Shown: positions 53,571 through 64,000 of the stretch, piece after piece
Layout of the letters: each line of letters opens with the position of its first letter
Position numbering within the stretch: the first letter of the stretch is position 1
From: Chiloscyllium plagiosum
Lineage: Eukaryota
Assembly (NCBI RefSeq): GCF_004010195.1
Contig: NC_057756.1
Coordinates: forward strand, 1,825,703-1,889,702
Reading direction: 5' to 3'
DNA: 64,000 nt
Notes under the pieces: model-generated
The model's database searches: none
What the model was told of the DNA's origin: nothing
Seen by the model: the letters and a program-made list of their open reading frames with translations, nothing else
Made by a program: the position numbers and the translations under genes

Positions 53571-55399
53571 TGGAGGCTCTTTTTGAGATCAATTCTACAG
53601 TTCCAATTTGGCATGAGGGTTGAAGATCCCAAAACCAGCAATTCGTAGGTGTTAGTGTTTGTTGTTTCGGTTGTTAAATTCAATTAGTTCACCTTTGTTT
53701 GGCCTTTCACCTGTCCAGGTTTCCTGATCTTTTTCAAAACATTGTGCAACTTAGATTTGTTACTTGATTGTCAAATACACTTCACCGTTATCGCACTGTT
53801 ACGACCACCTGAATTGCAATAACGTTTTTAGATTGCTGCGAGATGACACACAGGAAACCAATATGACTAATATATGTTTCTATAGGGCACCTGCATGTAT
53901 GACTACAGAATGAAATATGTGAAAGATCCAATGCAGAACCTTGCAAATCTATATTCGAGAACATAAAATACATACTGAAATATTATCAATTAAATTTCTA
54001 ATAGAGCAGACGTCCGCTTTACTACAAATTGAAAGTTAACCTGATCGGAGAATAAGCGTCACTTTATCATGAATTCTGCCTTAATGAAGTTTTAGACTGA
54101 TATTGTGCAGTAAATACGTGAAATATATTCAAAATGATGAAACTGTAATAATGAGATATAACTTACCAACTTGTTGCAATTTATTGGTAAGCTTATAAAT
54201 TTCTGAAGAAAATTAGCAAATAGGCATACAACAAATTAGCAGTGCACATTTAATCATAGCCTTCATAAACATCAAATGTTTTCTGGCGATTCAGGCCAGC
54301 CGGTGTGTGGGCAATGAACACATGGCAGATTGAATAATACTTTAGAATTTGTTTTCACTGAATGAGACCATGTCTTCTTTGTGATATGGCTGCATTGTGG
54401 TAATGAAACTCGACTAGAATTTCTATTCGTTTAAATGACTTGATCAAAACTCACTCGGACCACTAGTGGAGTCAATGGAATTTGTGTTCCATTATGGTTC
54501 TCTAACCGAACTTGCCTTTTCAGTAATGATGTCCATTAGACACATCAATTCTAATAACCCATTTCGGTACAAAACAATGTAAGGGAAATAAATATGTGTT
54601 CCCTACGTCCTCTGATAAACATGATATTCAGGCACATAGCATTTAACTCTTTGCTGAAATTACTGTGCAAATGAAAGTTCAATTTTGAATGAGCCGTAAT
54701 TTTGAATTGGTGCTGCCAGCCGCACCTCCTTGACATGATAGAATAAATGATGGAAATTGAATATTAATAAATCTGACAACCTATTTCAAAATCGATTGAA
54801 TGAATGTATGTCACTTGTCAAAATAGTTCCATATACTGCAAAATTAAATATTGTCTTATTTTTGAATTAAGCTCACAGAATTCAGTTTAGTCAAGGAAGA
54901 AAAAGAAACCTTTTTTCTCAAATTTTCCTTAGGTCACATGCCTCAGTTACAGTCTTTGAGACTACTGTATTTGACTCTAAACTTATAAACGTTGACTTCT
55001 TCCTCTTGAGTAGTGATTTTATTGAAACTAAAAAATGATCAGAGAGATATCAAATGAACCGTAGTTTTTTTTTTAAAAAACATGGTTTCGTTGCAGTAAA
55101 CATGAACAAATGACTTCACTGGTCAATTACTATGCATCGAGTTTAGCAAGTAGATTTAATAAATGGAAATTTACGTTCGATTATAACGAAATTGCCTTGA
55201 CCACAGTAATGTCAGAATTGGGTACAGAGCTCAGATATTGGTTCAAGTGCAGATGCCAAAGGGACATTGCTGACAATCCATAAGTCCACAAAATCTCGAG
55301 GTACTATGCAACAAGTGAAATACCTCGAGAACTGGATTAAACTGGCTGTGTGAATTACGTCAAGAAATATGCAGTGAATTGTACTGTGAAATCGGTAAG

Positions 55400-57200
55400 A
55401 CACATCAACTGATTTCAACAATGCCCGAAACATATTGAGACCAGCAAAAAGATTTCCAGACCAGCAAAAAGATTTCCCCTGAATGAAACCATACTGGCCC
55501 TGCTCTGATAGACTAGCAATTTACATATCAAGGATTCTCCGACTTCTTAACTGCTTGTATGGTTTTTAAATGTTCACTGCACGATTTCGGCTTTACTTCA
55601 TTTCATTAATAATTAGGTTGAAAGCCTGTTACGTATTTTTGGCTTCAGTCAACCTCTTAGCTCTAATTAAAAGCTCTAAAACCCAGGCAAATCGGCAACT
55701 ATGCTTCATGCAACTCTTTTGAAAATAAACGAAGGACACTATAACATTGTAAGAGCGGCATGGTCACACCTACCCCCTTGAAAAATAAACCATGAATATT
55801 CAAAGATGTCTTCATTTCGAAACCCATTGATCTTACTGCTAGCACGTCATAGAACACATATAAATGACATTCATCATAAATATGCAAGCATGCGCTACTA
55901 CTTTCTGTTTCAGTTCTTTTAGGGCTGTAATTGAATGCTTCCATTTCTCTGCAAAGATTCCACAATGTACCGGCAATTACGTTTTCTCGCCCTGCTGCAT
56001 GCACAACTTTTTAACTGAATGGCTGCAAGAACAAGCACCACCTCAATAGCCTGGAATGGTTGTAGTTACATTTCTCCACAAACCTCAATAGGCCATGATC
56101 AATGCAAATGATTCTCTGAGTTATAATACTGGTAATATAAGAATTGAAACGTTGTAATGCTATCACTAAGCTCAAAGCCTCCTTACCATGACACATGATG
56201 AAGATCAAAGAGAGTTTGAGACATTCTAAGTTTGAATTCATCAGACACATTTGAAAAAAAAAGCTCATCAAAGTTCATTAAAGTCAGAAAAAGTTGTCAC
56301 TGTACTGGTTAATATGTTAGCATGCAGGATGATTGGCAGCTGTCAGAGAAAAAAAAGCACAATGTATAGAAAAATAGCTTTAGATAAGCGAGCCCTGAAG
56401 TTGTCTGAGCTAAGGCCATAGACTTTTCTCAAATTCCAGAGAAATATGATTGATGGGAGCGAAGTCAGTGTTGACAAAGTATTAAATGATACAAATATAT
56501 CTAAATGCATGAAGAAGGAAATTTCTACTCAAAAATGTTTAATTTTCTGGACAAATTCTCGATAAGTCTTTCTATCTTCCCATTGGCTTACTATCAATGC
56601 ACAACACCAGCACCCATATCAGTCGCACCAATCGCTGCTTTGGAAGGCTTTGCGTAATAAAATACACCTAACACTGTGGCAGTAGTTAACACGGCTGTCA
56701 GGCAGTCAAATTCCTTCTGAGAGTCCGCTGTCCACTGAAATGTATTGCCTCGTTTTAGTAATTCAGTAAGTGGGGCAACCACACTTCCAAATCTTGGTAA
56801 GAATTCCACATTAAAGCCACTCAATCCCACGAATCATCGCACTGCTCCTTTCTTCGATGGTATTGAAAACTCTCCAAATTCCTTTGTTTTTATATTCCGT
56901 GGGGCCATTTGTCTGTGTTGAATAACGTGGCCCAGGAAGGTATCTTGTGCTTTCGAAAATTCATTAATTGCCATGTTTATCACCAAGCCTGCCTCCTGAA
57001 GTCAATCGCATAATTGAGAGAAATGTTGCAAATGCTCCTTCCATGTGTGACTAATATTCATCACGCCATCAACATAAAGAACACAATTTTGTGCTCTGAA
57101 AATGAGGTTGTTCGTTACTCTCCGAAATGGGATTGGGACATTTTTCATACCAAACGGCATGCCTTTAAACTAGTACAATCCATTCAGCGTTCACAGATCC
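55400..57200 (-). mobile_element. Decayed Gypsy RT-RNase H, PPT and LTR
   Basis: VVAPLTELLK..FQWT; RLLRWCLFLQPF; purine tract AGGGGGTAGGTG on the - strand at ~55765-55778. Confidence 0.85.
55438..55477. repeat. Perfect 20-bp tandem duplication
   Basis: AGACCAGCAAAAAGATTTCC occurs twice in a row. Confidence 0.95.
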
Positions 57201-57229
57201 GACATTAATTAATAATGTCGCAATAATTA

Positions 57230-59500
57230 ATAATGATATGGTTATGGATCCTGTTTGAAGGAGCTATCACAGTATGGTTGAATTTACAATACAGATAGAA
57301 AATACCAAGATGAGTGCAGTATCAGATTCATCTAATTAAACAAGGGATTTTACAATAAGCGATAGCAAACGTGGACTGGAATCAAAGACTTTATGGGAGG
57401 CAGTAGACAATGATTGTAGGATTTCAAAGCATTTTTTTCAAAGTGCCCAACCAAAGTATACACCGGAGCAAGGAAGAACTGTAGGAAAAACAATAGTTTA
57501 CTCTGTATGTCTCAGGAAATGAGGGAGGTTATCAATTTGAAAGAAAAGGCGTGTAAAGTGGTCAAGTTCAGAGGGAAAATCGAAGATTGGGAAAGCTTTT
57601 AAGATCGACAGAAAATCGCAAAAAGAGATGCAAAGTAAATAGATTGTGAGAAACGAAAAAAAACATACCTGAGAATGTAAAGCCGCATCGTAAAAGTTTG
57701 AATGCTTAAATACTTTATAGATATTTAAAAAAAAAACAAAAAAGTGGCTAAAGCAAGCATTGACCCTTGACCCAATGAGAAGGGGAATTTCTTAATGGGA
57801 GATGAGAAAATGTCTGAGGCATTGAAGAGATGTTTTGTGTCAGTATTCACAGTGGTGTACACAAATAACATGCCAGTAATCAAGAAACATTAGGGGAGGA
57901 CCTGGAAACAGTCATGACCATGAAAGTGATAGTGTTGGGCAAGCTCATGTAGCTAAGGGTAGACAAGTCTCCTGACAGCAATTGAATGCATCCCAAGGTG
58001 CTAAAAGGGTTGGAAGGAGAAATAGAAAATGCACTTGAGGTAATTTTTCAAAATTAAATGGACTCTGGGCCAGCTCCTGCAGATTGCAAAACAGCAAATG
58101 TGGCACAACTGTTTAAAATAGGACGTAGACGGGCTAATATAGAACAGTTAATTTAACCTCTGTAATGGGGAAAAAGCTTGACTCTATTAGCAGAAATAAA
58201 TAAATAAGGCATCTAGATAGAAATTGTGTGTTAGGCAGACACAGCCCGCGTTCATGAACGACAGGTCATGTTTAAAAAATCTTTCAAATTCAGTGAAGTA
58301 ATTACAAACACTTTGGATATTGAGTATCTAGCGGATGTGGAGTATTTAGTTTTCCTAAAGGCATTCGATAAGGTGGCACACAAATGACTGCTGCAAAAGG
58401 GAAACAATACAAGGCATTGCAAACAGTGTGTTAGCATAGATAAAGGATTAGTTAAACAACAGAAAGTAACGACTGTCAATAAATGACTACGACTCCGTGT
58501 GGCAAGTTATGATTATTATATGCCTCAGGGATCAGTTTTCGGTCTGCAATTATTCACAATTTACATAGATGACTTCGAGTTGGGGAGCACGTGTAGTGCG
58601 TCAAAGTTTGTGATGACACTAAGATGCGTTGTTGTGAAAAGTGTGCAGAGGAGTGTGAAGTTTTGCAAAGAGACATCGATAGTTTAAGTGAATGAGCAAT
58701 GTCTTGCAGATAGAATACAATGTTACTGAATCTGTAGTCATCCATTTGATTAGACTTTTGCTTGAATGATAAGAAATTGCAGCACACCGTGGGGCAAAGG
58801 GACCTGAGTCTCCTTGTGCATGAATAACAGAAAGTTGGTCTGCAGGTGTAGCACGTAGTTAAGACAGCGAGCAGAATTTTGTCCCTTATTTCTAACATTT
58901 AAAAGTTGATATGCGAAGTTGCAGATGCAAAGGATTCTGGTGATGCCACACCGAAATATTGCGTTCAGTTTCGATCTCCCTACGTGAGAAACGATGTAAT
59001 GGCAAAGAGGAGGTTGGTCAGATTCATTCCGAGGGTGCTGGATAATGAAGAGTGACTGAGTAGACTGATATTATATTCATTGGATTTTAGAAGAATGAGG
59101 GATGATCTTTTGAAAACATATAATACTATGAAGGGAATGGATAAGGTAGAAGTCGAGATATTATTGCAACTGAAGGGTGAAACTAGGTTAAGATAGCATA
59201 GCCTAAATAATACTTGAAGCAGAATCAGCACTGAATTCAGAAGGATCTTCATCAGCCAGAGGTTTGTCAATATATAGAATTCCCAGCCGACAGACCTATT
59301 CGAGTTTTCCTCAGTAAATGTTTAGAAAGGCAAAATAGACATTTTTTTTTAAACAATAAAGGACTAAAACATTATTTAGGGAGGACGTGTAGGTGGAACT
59401 GTGGCCATGAAAAGATGATCCATGATCGTATTGAATGACGGATCAGGGTTCCAGGGCCAAATGGCCGACTCCTGCTTCTAGTTGTTTTATTCCATGTCAT
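57230..59500 (+). mobile_element. CR1 LINE (endonuclease end to 3' end), degenerate
   Basis: HPKVLK, KAFDKVAH and PQGSVFG..LFTIYIDD motifs; CR1 terminal motif. Confidence 0.9.
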
Positions 59501-62309
59501 CTAGTTATATAGTGCCAGGTGCCTGATATCATAGACTCTTTCTATCATGCAAACTTTTCTGTAATGTGGAATTAAGCTGGCTACCTTGAATATTTGTACT
59601 GCTCAACCTAATACCGATTACACCTGCATCCTTAATACCCATGTGCAAATTAGCCAGTAATTGCAATTTATGTAAATGTTGGCCTCTACTTTCTCGTTGC
59701 GTTCAGAATGAATACGAAAATAATCGTCCTAATATTCAGGATCAGAGGAGCAAATCAACTTTTGTTGAAATAGGAATCAAAAGCATTTTATTTGGAGGTG
59801 GTAATTTATTTGTATTAGTGTCAGTTATTTCTAAATACTATGAAAATTTGTTCAATCTTATTATCCAAGCTCGTAGATTACAAAATGACTTGATAGCTTT
59901 AGCAAAGCTTTATCGAATCTCTATTGAAAGTCTGATTTTAGCAGCAAAGTTATTCAGTGGAAGAGCAAATAAACTGCCAGTTGTTTGTGGAGTCAAATGA
60001 CGTTAAAACCCATCTATTGACTGGAATTACTTTCTGATCAGGGAATCTATATCTTGAAATGTATCTATGTTTATCCCAAAATTGGAGCCGTGCATTTTAC
60101 GATTATGTACAGGTCATTTTGGATCATAATAAACCCATGTAAATATTTATTAAATAATTGACCTAATTATTTCTGAAACACAACGTACGTAAAGTGATTG
60201 TTAAACTTCAGAAATTATATAGAAGTGCTGGCTTCTGATTACACCCGACTGGAGAAGGAAAGGCACATTTTCCTGACAGAAACCATTCATTCATCTAATG
60301 GCAGACAGGCTAATTATTTACATTGCTTGCGGTCTTCATAATCTGATGTACTGGCTTACATACCTTTATCCTTATCCAGCATTGCCTTAGCTGTGCACAA
60401 ACATACAGATCAAATGGTTACCATTAATCCTTCGCATGCAGAATAATTCAAACATTTCTTACATTGCTACCAAGAAAGCTACGAAGGCTAACTTCCATAT
60501 GGTGTACGAAATAAGAAATTACAACAAGAATAGATGAAGGATACTGCACTGTTAAAAAAAAGAAGACGACTCTTCATTGGCCTTGCTGGGTCTATCTACT
60601 GAAATGCATAACTAATTCCAAACACTGTTCCAATTGATTTTCTACAAATGTTTCACAACATGTGCCTTCCATATGAGTTTTAAGTTCTCCTCCGCCTATA
60701 ACCTCAACTAATATACAGAATATCCTTTTCGGTTACATAGTTTTGATTTGGATAGAAATGTGGCATTTGACTTAACTGAATAATGTTTGTGTTCTGTAAT
60801 ATCAATTCTCTCACCAGTTAGCTCCAGAACTGTCGAGTATTTATAACAGCTCATGTGCAAATTCCAGCAAACTCTCGTTTCATGCACACATAGTACAGTC
60901 TGTTCCACATCAAATGTTTAACCGTGCATCAATATTTAGGAAGCTTTTTGTCAGAAAGGTAACAGTGGAAGTCGATGTCCAGCTCCTGAATGTAAATAGG
61001 TTAGCTGTCAATGTAAAAAGGCTTATTCATCATCATCACTTACCAGCATCTTGAAGCAGTTTGTCTAGATCTTTATCAAATTAGGATTGAGATGAGAAGT
61101 GAATGGCAGAGAAAGTGAAAGCAAATGTTAATTCTTAGCTTTCTATCATGTTTTGAAAAACTGTCAATACTTAAAGTTGATTTTTGCAGATATGTTATCC
61201 TTTACTTTTTTATTTGAAGAGCTGATCAATTGCTTGAAATCCATTCTTGCACAGTTAATTGATTCAGGCTGAAATCTCATTTCACAAATATTAATTAAGA
61301 AATCCTTTCCCACCAAATGGTGTATTCCTACACTTCATACTAGATTTAAGAATTGCATTCATGTGTTACACAGAGATAATTTTTGACTGGGTAGATTGCT
61401 GTTTGAAATTTATGAAGCAATTCCTTCTTTTTTTTGTTTTCCGATAAAAACAGAAAAAAATCCATTTTACTTAATTTTTTCAAAGTTTGTTCTCTTTGCG
61501 TTATAACAATATTATTCACAATAAAAATGCTCGTAATAATAGTACTAGGCACAAGATCAACAATTTGTTATTATTATTATCATTGTTATTATTGTTATTA
61601 TTATTCGGAAATGAGACTTTGCTGTTCAATTATGTGAGAATAATCCAGGAGACTAGCTCAAGTGATCTTGAGTTTTTGCACAAAGTTGAAAAAAAAAACA
61701 TCTTGTCATTTCCAAATTGTGACATCGTCTATGCATAAATAGATAAATTGAACAGTTACCTGGATCAAAGAGGCACCGAGCCTGTTCTGCAATACAAAGT
61801 TTAAATATGAATTGTCAAATATAATGAAGGTTAAAGGAGATCATGAAACGTATGAAGTATTGGAAAAAGGTCTTTAGTCTTTGGCTAATGGAATTTCGAA
61901 CGTATTTCCCATTTGTTGTCAGTGTTGCTAAATAAACTGACTGAAAAAAAATGATAACTTTAGTGTTGCCATTCGTGAGAACAGAGGACACTAATAGAAA
62001 AAGTGAAAACCATTCAAATAATTATCGCGTAGTTTTTATTGCACAACTTGAAATATTTCAGTTTGAGAGTATTCATTATGTTGGCCAGCACACAGAAGAT
62101 GTAATTTACACCTGCCATTCTGAAGTGAGATGACGAAAACACGGATGTTACTGTTTCATGGAATTGTCTTCCCGAGAAATAACAGCCTCGCAACTTATTA
62201 GCCTAAGTCTGATTTTTCATAAACTACTTACTGATATGGAAGTTAAACATAAAGACAGGAATCAGAAAGGAAAATTTCATTGAGGCAAAATCAAGTTTCA
62301 ACTGTTGTG

Positions 62310-62410
62310 AGAAATTGACTGTGCTGCTCCTCGGATGCTGCAAGACCTGTTGTGTTTTCCAACGCTATACATTTTGACTCTGGTCTCCAGCATCTACATT
62401 CCTCATTTTC
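62310..62410 (+). mobile_element. Penelope pseudo-LTR 3' fragment
   Basis: GGATGCTG..GACCTG..TCTCCAGCATCT matches 3680-3760. Confidence 0.7.
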
Positions 62411-64000
62411 CGCTTAGGAATTGTTGCGTCAACTCGGAGGGACAGAGAGAAATCCATCTATTATTCATTATGCGAAAGACCAGACCAAACCTCCTCAAAC
62501 ATGTTAACGAGACACTCGAGACGCAGCCTTTTTCTCGTCTTAAGTGCAAGTACCAAATGTTATGCTCTGGATGTAATTCAATTAGACAAACTTTTGTGCT
62601 TAGATGAAAACACACGTTATTCATACATTCTAGTTAAAATGCAGACTGTACTTAAAAACAAACTGTCTGAACTATAAATCCATCGGAATACTAAACAAAA
62701 TAATCTACTACTCATTAGCTATTCCAACATAGTAACACGCCTCAGACATCTCCTCGGCAAAGGCAAAATAATTTTTAGAAACTGGATTGCCCTGCAATTC
62801 CAGAAGTAGAAAAATAAACCCAGTTTCTACCAGTGAAAGAGAGAGGAAAATAATTTCCACATTCAGCTTCAAGAGTCAAACAACTGTCATTAAAAGTTAA
62901 GCTAAAAATCTTAGTTCTTGACCACACACATTCAAGTTGCTTCAATATTTTAAAACAACTAAGTTGTTTACTTTTTTTTAAATTTTGAGCGGACTGCTCT
63001 GTACCTCTGTCTGAACCCTCTTTATAAAAAAGGAAAAAAATACAACTCTTAAAGCTGCTGTATCGTTAGGGTCATTTTTTTGCACACGTTTCTTTTTTTT
63101 ACACAACGCTTACCAACAAATTACTCTTCCTTGTCCAATGCAATCATGAAAATTCGATCAATAAATTCCAAATTTTCCAAATAAATCACTTTTCGAAAAT
63201 TGGGCAATTTCCTCGATTCTTATGTTTTATTTCTTTGTTCATACAATGAAATTGTATTAAGGATTCAATTAATTGTCGTAGTCATGGTTAGAGTTCGTAG
63301 CTTATACTGTTTAGTGATTTTGAGAAGATAAAAACAATTGCAATAATGTTTTGTTTCCTCTGATTTTTTGACAAATTTTTACATCGACAATCCATGAGAC
63401 TGTATGATTTAGTTTTCCCACACAATGCTGAGAAAAGAATAGAGAAGCTGGTATGCTCCTTTTCCAAGAAACTTAACCAGTAGCAGAAGAAGTATGGTAT
63501 CATCGCCAAACAAACTTTATGATAACAACTGTCTGTTCAACGCTTTGAGGACAATGTCTGATATATTAGCAAACAAGCAATAATCAGCATTGGTCATAAT
63601 CCATCGGCCTTCATCAAGAAAGAAGAGCAATATTCGAAAGGAAATGTTAATCAAAAGGAGACTTATTTTAAATATTTGATGTAAAATTTATATGTAAAAA
63701 TGATACTTGCGTTTCGGATGAATATTTGTTCTATATCATTTTTCAAAACGGTAATTTTTGTAACAAAACAAACATTTTATCTGACTTTAAAGCAGACAAG
63801 AAAGATAAATGTATTCTCGATTGCTATTGTTTATCCATATCATATTTTGTGATGAGCGGCATTAAAATTTGGATATATGCAAAAGCCGCATTTTATTATA
63901 TTCGAGCATTCTTTTATTGTGGGTTAAATGCGAATAACTCTTTATAAACCCATGAATTGTGAAAGAGACTGATACATTGATTTTATTTACAAGCATAATA

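Noticed and set aside
1..64000. CRISPR arrays, operons or other prokaryotic systems
   Set aside because: No repeat-spacer arrays or dense coding; the content is vertebrate retroelements

Overview
Eukaryotic, AT-rich, repeat-dense genomic DNA. The repeat set (HE1-type SINEs with (AATCT)n tails, CR1 LINEs, Penelope-like elements, Gmr1-type Gypsy LTR elements) indicates a cartilaginous fish, probably a shark (inference). I find no intact protein-coding gene; most listed ORFs are transposon fragments or noise. Between the repeats there appear to be strongly decayed immunoglobulin C1-type constant exons on the + strand: about eight at 0.75-6.8 kb ending in a secretory-tailpiece-like peptide, and two more near 51 kb. 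These suggest dead IgH (IgW-like) loci, at moderate confidence. Also notable are a dense octamer/NF-kB/IRF/CRE/ETS motif cluster at 21.5 kb, an old ~2-3 kb segmental duplication, minimal hammerhead ribozyme motifs in Penelope termini, and Gypsy elements with integrase upstream of RT. Boundaries of old repeats and pseudo-exons are approximate and were read by eye.
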